In this document: piece by piece, positions 18,635 to 28,746 of the stretch | Layout of the letters: each line of letters opens with the position of its first letter | Position numbering within the stretch: position 1 is the first letter of the stretch | NCBI GenBank assembly: GCA_009692285.1 | Contig: SHZO01000001.1 | Location: forward strand, 1 to 50,246 | Source of the DNA: Gammaproteobacteria bacterium | Lineage (GTDB): Bacteria > Pseudomonadota > Gammaproteobacteria > Steroidobacterales > Steroidobacteraceae | Direction of reading: 5' to 3' | Length of the DNA: 50,246 nt | Notes under the pieces: generated by a model | Databases searched by the model: none | Told to the model about the DNA's origin: nothing | The model's input: only the letters and a program-made list of their open reading frames with translations | Position numbers and translations under genes: made by a program

Positions 18635-19152
18635 GCGTAAGCGCTTTAATTCTACGCTTGGATCAAGCAGAGCGCCGAGTTTGCTTATTTGCTAACGCGA
18701 TATCCCGGCGCGCAGTGTGCAGGGGGCTCTTTCAGAAAGTGAGCCGTTTAGGGGATGGTATTTTTTGGTATAGCTTGATCGCTAGTATGCCCTTGATCTT
18801 AGGGGAAGCGGGCTGGATGGTAGGCGCATGTATGGTGATAGCGGGCACCTGCGGTTTGATTATCTACAAAGTAATTAAAAGAACTCTGGTACGCGAGCGG
18901 CCCTTTATTGGTTTAATTGGTATTGAGTGTGCGATGCCGCCCTTGGATCGTTATAGCTTACCCTCGGGGCATACGCTTCATGCAGTACTCTTGAGTACTA
19001 TCGCAATAAACTATGCGCCTGTTTTGGCATTTTTACTTGTACCTTTTACGTTGATGGTTGCAGTATCCCGGGTAGTTTTAGGTTTGCATTACCCGACCGA
19101 TGTCATCGCTGGTGCTGTCCTTGGGGCTGCTATTGCTCAGGTTTTTATTTAA
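18631..19152 (+). CDS. PAP2-family lipid phosphatase
   Basis: All three PAP2 motifs are present: KRTLVRERP, PSGH, SRVVLGLHYPTD. Multi-TM. GTG start overlaps the glycosyltransferase stop (GTGA). Confidence 0.8.
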   Translation: MSVSALILRLDQAERRVCLFANAISRRAVCRGLFQKVSRLGDGIFWYSLIASMPLILGEAGWMVGACMVIAGTCGLIIYKVIKRTLVRERPFIGLIGIECAMPPLDRYSLPSGHTLHAVLLSTIAINYAPVLAFLLVPFTLMVAVSRVVLGLHYPTDVIAGAVLGAAIAQVFI

Positions 19153-19164
19153 ATTTTAATAAAT

Positions 19165-20292
19165 TTAAACGAGTATTTTTTTAAGCAAGCCTAAATATAG
19201 CCGATGTAATAACTCGATCTCCTCGACCCGCACGCCTTCATTCACTTTATGAATCGTGGCATTCGTGACCCCCAACTCAACTACTTGTGCGCCCATCGGG
19301 GCAATGAAGCGCCCGTCTGAGGTGCCTCCGCTTGTGGAGAGTTTCGGTTCACAGCCCGTGACTTCAAAGATAGCCGCTACCGCTGCTGCAGAAAGTGTTC
19401 CAGGTGCGGTATAAAATGGTTCCCCTGAGACATACCACTCGAGTGTATAACGTACGGCATGCTTATTTAATATGCCCTCAACGGTCTGCTTGAGCGAGTC
19501 TAAGTTTTGTACGGGTGAATAGCGCAAATTAAATCGCGCTTTGAGCTCGCCAGGAATTACATTTGGCGCGCCAGTGCCGGCATTTAAATTTGAGATTTGA
19601 AAGCTTGTGGGTTGGAAGAACTCGTTGCCTTGATCCCACTGGCGGGCTGTGAGTTCAGCGAGCGCGGGTGCTAAAACATGCACCGGATTTTCTGCTGATT
19701 GTGGGTAGGCCACATGGCCTTGAACGCCGTGAACCGTTAATCGCCCAGAAATTGAACCGCGTCTCCCAATTTTAATGGTGTCCCCGACGGTATATTCGCT
19801 CGAGGGTTCGCCCACCACGCAATAGTCGATAGGCTCATTGCGCGCGTTCAAGGTTTCAACGACACGTTTGGTACCGTCGATTGAAGGCCCTTCTTCATCG
19901 CTGGTGATCAGAAAGGCAAGGCTGCCTAAGTGCCGAGGATGTTCACGCACAAATGCTTCAGTGGCCGTGATCATGGCAGCGAGCCCACTTTTCATATCAG
20001 CTGCGCCGCGGCCATACAGGACACCATCACGAAATGTAGGGACGAAGGGGTTGCTGCGCCATTCTTCTAAAGGCCCGGTGGGTACCACATCGGTATGTCC
20101 TGCAAAACATAGAACAGGCCCTGCTGTGCCACGTTTAGCCCAAAAATTATCTACATTGCCGTAGCGCAGTCGTTCGATATGAAATCCTGCGGCGGCTAAA
20201 CGCGCGCACATGATCTCTTGGCATCCGGCATCGACGGGTGTAACTGAATTGCGTCCGATGAGATCCATGGTCAGTTTGAGGGTATCGGACAT
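19165..20292 (-). CDS. dapE: succinyl-diaminopimelate desuccinylase
   Basis: 375 aa M20 peptidase: [20 protein letters not shown], and the dimerisation insert. Collinear with E. coli DapE. Confidence 0.9.
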   Translation of the reverse strand: MSDTLKLTMDLIGRNSVTPVDAGCQEIMCARLAAAGFHIERLRYGNVDNFWAKRGTAGPVLCFAGHTDVVPTGPLEEWRSNPFVPTFRDGVLYGRGAADMKSGLAAMITATEAFVREHPRHLGSLAFLITSDEEGPSIDGTKRVVETLNARNEPIDYCVVGEPSSEYTVGDTIKIGRRGSISGRLTVHGVQGHVAYPQSAENPVHVLAPALAELTARQWDQGNEFFQPTSFQISNLNAGTGAPNVIPGELKARFNLRYSPVQNLDSLKQTVEGILNKHAVRYTLEWYVSGEPFYTAPGTLSAAAVAAIFEVTGCEPKLSTSGGTSDGRFIAPMGAQVVELGVTNATIHKVNEGVRVEEIELLHRLYLGLLKKILV

Positions 20293-20473
20293 TTCTATGG
20301 GGTGCCTGCCTGTCGGATTGGGTTGAGATTAATTGAGGGTAGAAAGAGACAGGGCGTTTTATAGGGCAGAGGGACGCACGGCGCAAGGTTTTTTTATTCT
20401 GCGAACCGATTGCAATATTGTTGAAACATTTGCGCCCTAAGCTTCGCGCTTCACTAACCGGAGGTTATTAGCT

Positions 20474-21541
20474 GTGATTAAACAAAGTCTTTCTCGCTGT
20501 CTACTGCTGAGCGTTGTTACAGGCGCCGCCATGTTAGTGGTCTCTAGCACTGCTACAGCACAATCAGCACGTGATTACATCAGCATTGTGGGCTCCTCAA
20601 CGGTCTATCCCTTCACCGCGATGGTGGCTGAGCAGTTTGGTCGTCGGGGCAGTTTTAAAACGCCTAAAGTTGAGAGCACCGGCACGGGCGGTGGCATCAA
20701 GCTCTTTTGTAATGGTGTAGGTGTGCAGCATCCGGATATGGCCAATGCCTCACGCCGTATGAATGCTGGTGAGTTCGACACCTGTAAGCGAAATGGGGTG
20801 ACTGATGTCGTTGAAATGAAAGTTGGCTACGATGGTATCGTTCTGGCAATTAGCAAGAGTGCGAAACCAATCAAGCTTACGCGAAAGCAAGTCTACTTTG
20901 CGCTCGCCAAGCAGATTCCAGACCCTTCAAATACCTCCATAATGATGCCCAACCCCTACACTAAGTGGAGCGATATTGATAAATCCTTGCCTGCCGTGAA
21001 GATTGAGGTGCTCGGTCCTCCGCCGACCTCTGGTACGCGTGATTCTTTTGCTGAGCTATATATGGAAGCCGGCTGCCGCACTTTCCCTTGGTTAAATACG
21101 CTGCGTGGATTAGATGAAAAGCGCTTCAAGCGCATCTGTCACACCATGCGTGAAGATGGTGGCTACGTTGAAGCAGGCGAGAACGATAATCTCATCGTTC
21201 AAAAAATTAATGCCAATCCGGGTGCTTTAGGAATCTTTGGCTTTAGCTATCTAGATGAAAATTCCGCCACGCTACGCGGTGTCGAGGTTGACGGTGTGAT
21301 GCCCACATTTGAGACAATTGCTGCGACTCAATACCCCGCTTCCCGGCCCCTGTTCGTGTATATCAAAAAAGCCCATATCGGTGTCATTCCAGGGATCAAA
21401 GAATATACTGCTGAGTATTTAAGCGAAAAGTCTTTAGGTGCAGAGGGTTATCTTTCGGCGCGTGGTTTAATTCCTCCTACTAAGGGTGAGTTGACTGGTC
21501 TTCGTGCCGGCGTGGCTGCGCTGAAAACCTTTACCCCGTAA
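20474..21541 (+). CDS. pstS: phosphate ABC transporter substrate-binding protein
   Basis: GTG start after a GGAGG SD. Signal peptide, GSSTVYPF and SGTRDSF motifs of the PstS family. First gene of the pst cluster. Confidence 0.85.
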   Translation: MIKQSLSRCLLLSVVTGAAMLVVSSTATAQSARDYISIVGSSTVYPFTAMVAEQFGRRGSFKTPKVESTGTGGGIKLFCNGVGVQHPDMANASRRMNAGEFDTCKRNGVTDVVEMKVGYDGIVLAISKSAKPIKLTRKQVYFALAKQIPDPSNTSIMMPNPYTKWSDIDKSLPAVKIEVLGPPPTSGTRDSFAELYMEAGCRTFPWLNTLRGLDEKRFKRICHTMREDGGYVEAGENDNLIVQKINANPGALGIFGFSYLDENSATLRGVEVDGVMPTFETIAATQYPASRPLFVYIKKAHIGVIPGIKEYTAEYLSEKSLGAEGYLSARGLIPPTKGELTGLRAGVAALKTFTP

Positions 21542-21569
21542 TAAATATTTTGCACTAGGAAAAAATTAA

Positions 21570-23057
21570 ATGAAAACTCGTATTGTATGTCTTGCGGCTT
21601 CGGTCGCGATTGCCCTAGGAGGTACCATATCGGCAGAGGCAGCTGTTAAAACATTGGTGGCAGCACCCGCTCAGGTGGTGAGTCTTGCTGATGTTCAAGC
21701 CCTACAGGCACAGTTGCAGGTTTTGCAAGATCGTTTAACACAAATGGAGCAAGCACAGCTTGTGCAAGCCGCTAAGGTTGCTGAAGCTGCGAAAGTTGTC
21801 AAAGATCAGGTGCTGGTGAATAATGATCAGCAGGCCGCACTTGATAACGTTGCCGATAACCTCGCGCGAACGGTGGGTGAAGGCGCAAGCTCGGGTTGGA
21901 TGGGTCGTTGGGTGTGGAAAGGTGACTTCCGCTATCGCAATGAAAATATCGACCAAGAATACACCGAGCGTGATCGGAACCGTGACCGCATGCGTCTGCG
22001 TTTAGGCGCAACCGCTCGTGTTAACGATACGGTTAAAGTGGTGGCGCAATTTACCACCGGAGAAGGTGGGGATGCTCGCGCGCCCAACCAGACCCTCACC
22101 GATGCTAATTCGCGTAAAGCAATCTATGTGGATACCGCTTATGGCGAATGGGCCCCAACCCCGCAATTTAAAGCCACCATAGGCAAACAACCTTCTCCTT
22201 GGGTTCGTACCTCAAGCTACTTCTATGATGGCGATGTCAATCCAGAAGGCATTGCAGCCAGCTGGCAGCAAGCAGCGACCGGTTTTTTTGGCAGTGCCTG
22301 GTTGACTCGTTTAGCTGAGCGCAGCGCCAAAGCCGACTCTGATCTCTTAGGCTTGCAGGTTGGTTACCGTAATAACTTTGGTGATGGTGGTCGCTACCTC
22401 CTCGCTGCTGGATATTTTGATTACAGTGCAGTGCAGGGTTATAACGTGATTCAAAGTGGCATTAGTAGCTACTATGGTAACTCGACACAAACCACTGCAT
22501 TGACAACAGTGAATCCGATTTGCCGCAGTTCCTTGGGCGTAGCCCCTCAGACTTGCTTAGCTAACGATTTCGATATCATCGACTTGGTCGGCGAATTGCA
22601 AATCAAGGTGGCGGGTCAGCCTTTGTTGATCTATGGTAACTACGCCCAGAACAACAAAGCGAAATTTGCGTTCGTGTCTAATGATTTAACCAAAAATATT
22701 AAGGCTGGTTTAGATACGGCCCACGCTCTAGGCTTCACGTTTGGGAAGGTAGCATTGCCTGGCTCATGGGAAGTTGGGTATGTTTACCAGCGTATCGAGA
22801 AAGATTCGTTGTATGGTCAGCTGCTTGACTCCGACTATGGTGCCGGTAACACCGATGCTAAGGGCGGGGCCTTGCGTTTTGGGTATCAGTTCGATAGGAA
22901 CTTCAGATTTAATACGACGTATTTCATGAATCAGACCAATATTGATCTGGCGACAGGGGTTTCTGCTCCTTTCTCCGGAGCAGTTGGTGCGACTTCTAAA
23001 ACGATTTTTGATCGTGATTACAATCGATTGCAACTTGATTTGAACTATTTGTTCTAA
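21570..23057 (+). CDS. outer-membrane porin, putatively phosphate/anion selective by context
   Basis: Signal peptide, N-terminal coiled-coil segment (LQAQLQVLQDRLTQMEQ), then alternating beta-strand pattern ending in the aromatic terminus LDLNYLF. Located between pstS and pstC. Confidence 0.65.
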   Translation: MKTRIVCLAASVAIALGGTISAEAAVKTLVAAPAQVVSLADVQALQAQLQVLQDRLTQMEQAQLVQAAKVAEAAKVVKDQVLVNNDQQAALDNVADNLARTVGEGASSGWMGRWVWKGDFRYRNENIDQEYTERDRNRDRMRLRLGATARVNDTVKVVAQFTTGEGGDARAPNQTLTDANSRKAIYVDTAYGEWAPTPQFKATIGKQPSPWVRTSSYFYDGDVNPEGIAASWQQAATGFFGSAWLTRLAERSAKADSDLLGLQVGYRNNFGDGGRYLLAAGYFDYSAVQGYNVIQSGISSYYGNSTQTTALTTVNPICRSSLGVAPQTCLANDFDIIDLVGELQIKVAGQPLLIYGNYAQNNKAKFAFVSNDLTKNIKAGLDTAHALGFTFGKVALPGSWEVGYVYQRIEKDSLYGQLLDSDYGAGNTDAKGGALRFGYQFDRNFRFNTTYFMNQTNIDLATGVSAPFSGAVGATSKTIFDRDYNRLQLDLNYLF

Positions 23058-23076
23058 TGATCTTATGATCAGAGCA

Positions 23077-23117
23077 GGCGGTACTATAATTATCTGTAGT
23101 ACCGCCCGCGTTTTTTT
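23077..23117 (+). terminator. rho-independent terminator/attenuator between porin and pstC
   Basis: Perfect 9-bp stem GGCGGTACT/AGTACCGCC with a 12-nt loop, followed by CGCG and T7. Confidence 0.7.
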
Positions 23118-23139
23118 GTTCTAACTCGCAAGGCCTTCG

Positions 23140-24528
23140 ATGACCCCAGCTGTTTTGTTCGCCGCCATTATCGCTCTTGTGTTGGTTGCCTTTCAGGTGG
23201 GCAAGGCGCGTTCTTTAACAGTGGCCGGAGGTCCGCGTGGTATTCGCACGCTACATTCCTTACCTGGCCACTATGGGTTGCTCACTGCCATGTGGTGCGC
23301 CATACCCTCCCTGTTAGTTTTTGGTATTTGGTTGGCTTTCCAAGATGCGATCCTAATTCGTATGGTGTTAGTGCATCTGCCTGCTGAGGTGCAGCATTTG
23401 CCCAAGGCACAACTGGGTTTGATGATTAATGATTTACGCAACCTTGTGGCTGGGAATATTGCGCCAGAGTCTGTTGCAGTTTCTACCCGCCTTGCAGCTG
23501 TTGAATATTTGCATTTGCAATCTATTGCACGTTTAGCACTGAGTGCTTTAGCTATGGTGGCTGGAATTATTGGTTTATTGGTGGTACGTGCACGCATTCG
23601 CCCGGATCTGCGGGCGCGTAATGCTTTTGAATCTTTGATCGAATGGGTATTATTTGGCTGCTCGGGTATTGCGGTGCTGACTACCTTGGGAATCGTGCTC
23701 TCCATTGTTTTTGAAGCTGTGCGATTTTTTACTTTTGTGCCTCTCACCGATTTTCTCTTCGGCTTGAACTGGAGCCCGCAGATGGCGATCCGGGCTGATC
23801 AAGTAGGCTCCTCAGGGTCCTTTGGTGCGGTGCCTTTATTTACTGGCACGCTGCTGATTTCAGCGATTGCGATGCTGGTAGCGGCGCCCATTGGTTTGTT
23901 CTCTGCTATTTTCATTGCTGAGTATGCCAACCGTCGAGTGCGTTCAGTTGTGAAGCCTTTGCTCGAAGTGCTTGCGGGCGTGCCGACGGTGGTCTACGGT
24001 TTTTTTGCCGCTTTAACTATTGGCCCTTTGTTGCGTGTCTGGGGCGAAGCTTTTGGTTTTAATGTGTCCGGAGAAAGCGCTCTATCGGCAGGGCTTGTGA
24101 TGGGCGTGATGATTATTCCATTTGTATCCTCTCTTGCGGATGACATGATTACTGCGGTGCCGCAGAGCCTGCGCGATGGTGCCTATGCCTTAGGGGCCAC
24201 ACGTTCCGAGACAATTAAGCAAGTTGTTTTGCGCGCAGCGTTACCTGGAATCGTTGGCGGTTTGTTATTGGCGACCTCTCGTGCGATTGGCGAGACTATG
24301 ATCGTTGTTATGGCTGCGGGACTTGCTTCTAATCTAACCGCCAACCCTTTTGAAGCAGTCACTACTGTCACCGTACAGATTGTAACTTTGTTGGTGGGCG
24401 ATCAAGAATTTGACAGCCCCAAGACTTTAGCAGCCTTTGCTTTAGGGCTAGTGCTGTTTGTCATTACTTTAGTACTTAATGTGATCGCACTCTATGTCGT
24501 TAGGAAGTACCGAGAACAGTATGAGTGA
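23140..24528 (+). CDS. pstC: phosphate ABC transporter permease PstC (long form)
   Basis: 462 aa, multi-TM, with the EAA-type loop (ALGATRSETIKQVVLRAALPGI). Confidence 0.9.
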   Translation: MTPAVLFAAIIALVLVAFQVGKARSLTVAGGPRGIRTLHSLPGHYGLLTAMWCAIPSLLVFGIWLAFQDAILIRMVLVHLPAEVQHLPKAQLGLMINDLRNLVAGNIAPESVAVSTRLAAVEYLHLQSIARLALSALAMVAGIIGLLVVRARIRPDLRARNAFESLIEWVLFGCSGIAVLTTLGIVLSIVFEAVRFFTFVPLTDFLFGLNWSPQMAIRADQVGSSGSFGAVPLFTGTLLISAIAMLVAAPIGLFSAIFIAEYANRRVRSVVKPLLEVLAGVPTVVYGFFAALTIGPLLRVWGEAFGFNVSGESALSAGLVMGVMIIPFVSSLADDMITAVPQSLRDGAYALGATRSETIKQVVLRAALPGIVGGLLLATSRAIGETMIVVMAAGLASNLTANPFEAVTTVTVQIVTLLVGDQEFDSPKTLAAFALGLVLFVITLVLNVIALYVVRKYREQYE

Positions 24529-25834
24529 TCTTGAGCTCACGACAGGTCCTACGACAGCACAAACGCGCGCTAAAGTGCAGGCCAGTATTAAACGCCGTTA
24601 CCGTGCTGAGATGCGTTTTCGTGCGTATGGTTTATTCGCCACGATGCTTGGCGTCCTGTTCGTATTTTTATTATTCTTTTCCGTATTCTCAAAAGGCTGG
24701 TCTATCTTTGGCCAACACTATGTCAAGCTAGATGTATTTTATGATGCTGCAGTTTTAGATCCTAGCGGAACACGAAACCCAGATACTTTGCGAAGCGCAG
24801 ATTATCAAGCGCTTGTGCGTGCCTCGCTGCGGGCAGGATTCCCCACGGTAGAAGGTCGTCGCGAACTACGCGAACTCACGGGGTTAGTCTCGAGCGGCGC
24901 ATCGATGCAACTGCAGCGTGCGGTAATGCAGAACCCGACTTTAATTGGTACCCGTGACGATCAATGGGTGCTTGCGAGTAGTCAAGTTGATTGGTTGCTT
25001 AAAGGACGCACTACGCGTAATGCGTCTGAGGATGAGCGGCGTTTATCTGATGCCCAAGTGACGTGGCTCGATGCGCTACAAGCTGATCAATGTATTGAAC
25101 GGCGTTTCAATAAACAGTTCTTTACGGCCGGTGACTCACGAGATCCCGAATTAGCTGGTGTTGGCGGCGCGTTAGCCGGTTCACTACTGACTCTTTTGGT
25201 TACGCTGCTATTATCTTTCCCCATTGGGGCGGCTGCTGCGATTTACCTAGAAGAATTTGCGCCGCCTGAAACTCGCGTGACAGATCTCATTGAAGTCAAT
25301 ATTAATAATTTAGCTGCGGTACCTTCTATTGTCTTTGGTTTGCTCGGATTATCTATCTTCATTGGTTTCTTTGGTATGCCACGTTCAGCAACTTTAGTGG
25401 GTGGTTTAGTACTCACGTTGCTGACTTTGCCTACGATTATTATTGCTTCGCGGGCAGCCATTAAAGCGGTGCCTCCTTCCATTAGAGAGGCTGCCTTGGG
25501 TATGGGTGCTTCAAAGATTCAATGCGTGGTTCATCATGTGCTGCCTCTAGCCATGCCGGGCATGCTCACTGGAGCTATCATTGGCATGGCACGTGCTTTG
25601 GGCGAAACTGCGCCCTTATTGATGATTGGTATGGTAGCTTTTATTGTCGATGTTCCCCAGGGCATCATGGATCCGGCAACCGTATTGCCGGTACAAGTAT
25701 TCTTATGGGCTGATAGCCCAGAACGTGGTTTTATTGAGCGCACCTCTGGTGCCATCATCGTGCTACTACTGTTTTTGGTCATCATGAACGCTAGCGCTGT
25801 GATTTTACGTAATCGCTTTGAAAAACGTTGGTAA
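24521..25834 (+). CDS. pstA: phosphate ABC transporter permease PstA
   Basis: Start at ATG 24521 in an ATGAGTGA overlap with pstC. Multi-TM with the EAA loop ([25 protein letters not shown]). Confidence 0.9.
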   Translation: MSDLELTTGPTTAQTRAKVQASIKRRYRAEMRFRAYGLFATMLGVLFVFLLFFSVFSKGWSIFGQHYVKLDVFYDAAVLDPSGTRNPDTLRSADYQALVRASLRAGFPTVEGRRELRELTGLVSSGASMQLQRAVMQNPTLIGTRDDQWVLASSQVDWLLKGRTTRNASEDERRLSDAQVTWLDALQADQCIERRFNKQFFTAGDSRDPELAGVGGALAGSLLTLLVTLLLSFPIGAAAAIYLEEFAPPETRVTDLIEVNINNLAAVPSIVFGLLGLSIFIGFFGMPRSATLVGGLVLTLLTLPTIIIASRAAIKAVPPSIREAALGMGASKIQCVVHHVLPLAMPGMLTGAIIGMARALGETAPLLMIGMVAFIVDVPQGIMDPATVLPVQVFLWADSPERGFIERTSGAIIVLLLFLVIMNASAVILRNRFEKRW

Positions 25835-25838
25835 ACCG

Positions 25839-26663
25839 ATGAAAGATTTCGCTTACTCATTGCCAGTCCCCAAGGACATTAAAACAATTGGTACGGTGAC
25901 TGCTCCGGGGGCAATTTTTTCTTGTCGTAATGTGCAGGTTTTTTATGGTGAAAAACAAGCCATTCGCGATGTGAATATCGATATTGCCCCTAAAGAAGTG
26001 CTAGCGATGATCGGCCCCTCTGGTTGTGGTAAATCCACTTTCTTACGTTGCTTTAATCGAATGAATGACACTATCGTCGGCGCACGCGTATTGGGGCAAA
26101 TAGAACTCGAAGGCAAGGACATTCAGGATAAGCATCAAGACGTAGTGCAATTGCGTGCGCGTGTGGGTATGGTCTTTCAGAAACCCAATCCGTTTCCTAA
26201 ATCTATTTATGAGAATGTCGCCTATGGACCTCGTATTCATGGGCTGGCGGCAGATCGTGGCGAGCTCGATGAAATTGTGAACTCTAGTTTGCGTCGTGCG
26301 GGTCTTTGGGATGAGGTGAAGGATCGGTTAAATCAGCCTGGTACGAGTCTCTCAGGGGGGCAACAGCAGCGCCTGTGTATCGCACGCACTATTGCGGTGA
26401 ACCCTGAGGTTATTTTGATGGATGAGCCATGCTCCGCGCTCGACCCTATCGCCACAGCAAAGATTGAAGATTTGATTGATGAGTTGCGCGAAAGCTATGC
26501 AATTTGTATCGTCACACACTCCATGCAGCAGGCTGCACGCGTTTCCCAGCGAACAGCCTACTTTCACTTAGGTGATTTGATAGAAGTGGGAGAGACGACT
26601 AAGATTTTTACAAATCCGCGAGCAAAACTCACCGAAGACTACATCACGGGTCGATTCGGTTAA
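25839..26663 (+). CDS. pstB: phosphate ABC transporter ATP-binding protein
   Basis: Walker [10 protein letters not shown], signature LSGGQQQR, Walker B ILMDEP. Typical PstB N-terminus. Confidence 0.95.
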   Translation: MKDFAYSLPVPKDIKTIGTVTAPGAIFSCRNVQVFYGEKQAIRDVNIDIAPKEVLAMIGPSGCGKSTFLRCFNRMNDTIVGARVLGQIELEGKDIQDKHQDVVQLRARVGMVFQKPNPFPKSIYENVAYGPRIHGLAADRGELDEIVNSSLRRAGLWDEVKDRLNQPGTSLSGGQQQRLCIARTIAVNPEVILMDEPCSALDPIATAKIEDLIDELRESYAICIVTHSMQQAARVSQRTAYFHLGDLIEVGETTKIFTNPRAKLTEDYITGRFG

Positions 26664-27511
26664 AGGCTCTCTGTGCGTTCATCGGTTGTCCGTAAGAGCT
26701 CATTAATTGAAGTTTTAGCACGAGTTTGCGCATCCACTCGTTTAACGATGACTGCGCACGCTAGTGAGTGTGAGCCATCGCGTGAGGGCAGTGAGCCCGG
26801 TACGACCACGGCACCGGCAGGAACACGCCCTTGGGTAATCTGACCTGTTTCACGATCAAAAATACGGGTGCTCTGACCGATAAACACGCCCATTGAAATT
26901 ACTGCGCCCGTTTCAACAACAACTCCTTCGACAATTTCTGAGCGCGCACCAATGAAACAATTATCTTCAATGATGGTTGGTGAGGCTTGCAACGGTTCTA
27001 ACACTCCGCCAATGCCTACGCCCCCAGAGAGATGCACGTTCTTCCCAATTTGTGCGCAGGAGCCCACAGTCGCCCAGGTATCGATCATGGTGCCACTATC
27101 GACAAACGCACCAATATTAACGAATGAGGGCATCAGTACAACATTAGCCCCAATAAAGGCCCCTTTGCGTACCACCGCATCGGGCACTACACGCGTGCCG
27201 CTTGCACGAATTTCCAATTCACTACAGTTAGCGTATTTAAGTGGAACCTTATCGAAGAAGCGCGTATAGCCACCATCGATTAATTGGTTGTCATGCGCAC
27301 GAAAATATAGCAACACAGATTTCTTGAGCCACTCGTTGACACGCCAAATGCCTGCGTATGGTTCGGCTACACGGGCCGCACCAGAATCGAGCAGTTCCAA
27401 GCACTCATCGAGGGCGAGGCGAAGTGTTTGCGAAATTGTTTTTGGTGTTATTTCTGCGCGGTGTTCAAACGCAGCCTCTATCATTGTTTTTAATGTGTTG
27501 AGCTCTGTCAT
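26660..27511 (-). CDS. dapD: tetrahydrodipicolinate N-succinyltransferase
   Basis: Collinear with E. coli DapD ([45 protein letters not shown]). Confidence 0.92.
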   Translation of the reverse strand: MTELNTLKTMIEAAFEHRAEITPKTISQTLRLALDECLELLDSGAARVAEPYAGIWRVNEWLKKSVLLYFRAHDNQLIDGGYTRFFDKVPLKYANCSELEIRASGTRVVPDAVVRKGAFIGANVVLMPSFVNIGAFVDSGTMIDTWATVGSCAQIGKNVHLSGGVGIGGVLEPLQASPTIIEDNCFIGARSEIVEGVVVETGAVISMGVFIGQSTRIFDRETGQITQGRVPAGAVVVPGSLPSRDGSHSLACAVIVKRVDAQTRAKTSINELLRTTDERTESL

Positions 27512-28746
27512 AAAGTGTGTCCTTGAATGAAGTTAGCCATTCGATGGGCTGCTGCAATGCATTCATCGAGCTCGGCCACTAATGAGATGCGTACTCGCTG
27601 TGCCCCAGGGTTAGCATAGTGGGTGTTTTTGTTGGTTTGAGGGGTACGTGCTAAAAAAGAGCCAGGCAAAATTGTAACGTTTTGTGTGGCGAATAATGCA
27701 CGTGTGAAGGCCGTATCCTCACGGCCAAGATTGGGCCACAAATAAAACCCCCCCTGAGGGATTTGTACCTCTAAGTGCGGACTTAAGATGGGTATTACAC
27801 GGTTAAATTTCTCACGATAGAGTGCTCGGTTTTGGCGCACATGGGCGTCATCGTTCCATGCTGCAATACTTGCCAGTTGTGTGGGCACAGGCATGGCGCA
27901 CCCATGGTAGGTGCGATAGAGCAAAAATTTTTTCAATACAGACGCATCGCCGGCTACAAAGCCCGAGCGCAGGCCGGGTAAGCTGGAGCGTTTAGAGAGA
28001 CTGTGAAACACCACGCAACGCTCAAAATTCTTGCGCCCCGCAGCATATGCGGCTGAAAGTAAAGAAGGCGGAGGTCTTGCTTCATCAAAATAAATTTCTG
28101 CATAGCATTCATCTGCAGCAATTAAAAAATCATGGCGATCGGCAAGTTCTAAGGCATGCTGTAAATATGCTTCATCCATAATCGCCCCGGCAGGGTTTCC
28201 AGGGCTACACAAATATAATAATTGGCAGCGCTCCCATACTTTTGCGGGTACCGTATCAAGATCTGGCAAGAAAGAATTTGTCACTGGTGTATCAATGCAA
28301 TAAGGGTCAGCACCTGCGAGCAAGGTGGCACCCTCGTAGATTTGATAAAATGGATTTGGCATAACCACTAATGGTTTTAGTGAAGACTTTTTGTTCTCTA
28401 ATTGTGTATTAATCACTGCTTGTGCAAAGGAAAATAGAGCCTCGCGTGTCCCATTAACTGGTAGCACCATAGAATCTTGCACTGCTTGTACAGGCAGAAT
28501 AAATCTGCGCTCTAACCAGCGCGCGCAGGCGCTACGTAATTCAAGGGTTCCTGCGGTCGTAGGATAGTTGCTTAAGCCGGCTAAAGACTCTCGCAGTACC
28601 TGAAGCACAAATGAGGGGGGGGCGTGTTTAGGCTCTCCTATCGCCAGTGCAATATGTTTGAGGTTTGCAGGTGGTATAGCCCCTGCCTTTAACGCCGCTA
28701 AGCGCTCAAAGGGGTAGTCCTGTAAATTCATTAATAGAGAGTTCAT
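27508..28746 (-). CDS. dapC: succinyldiaminopimelate transaminase (class I aminotransferase)
   Basis: PLP aminotransferase fold with the [14 protein letters not shown] lysine motif. N-terminal YPFERL as in Bordetella-type DapC. Adjacent to dapD. Start chosen at the ATG forming an ATGA overlap with the glnD stop. Confidence 0.7.
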   Translation of the reverse strand: MNSLLMNLQDYPFERLAALKAGAIPPANLKHIALAIGEPKHAPPSFVLQVLRESLAGLSNYPTTAGTLELRSACARWLERRFILPVQAVQDSMVLPVNGTREALFSFAQAVINTQLENKKSSLKPLVVMPNPFYQIYEGATLLAGADPYCIDTPVTNSFLPDLDTVPAKVWERCQLLYLCSPGNPAGAIMDEAYLQHALELADRHDFLIAADECYAEIYFDEARPPPSLLSAAYAAGRKNFERCVVFHSLSKRSSLPGLRSGFVAGDASVLKKFLLYRTYHGCAMPVPTQLASIAAWNDDAHVRQNRALYREKFNRVIPILSPHLEVQIPQGGFYLWPNLGREDTAFTRALFATQNVTILPGSFLARTPQTNKNTHYANPGAQRVRISLVAELDECIAAAHRMANFIQGHTL

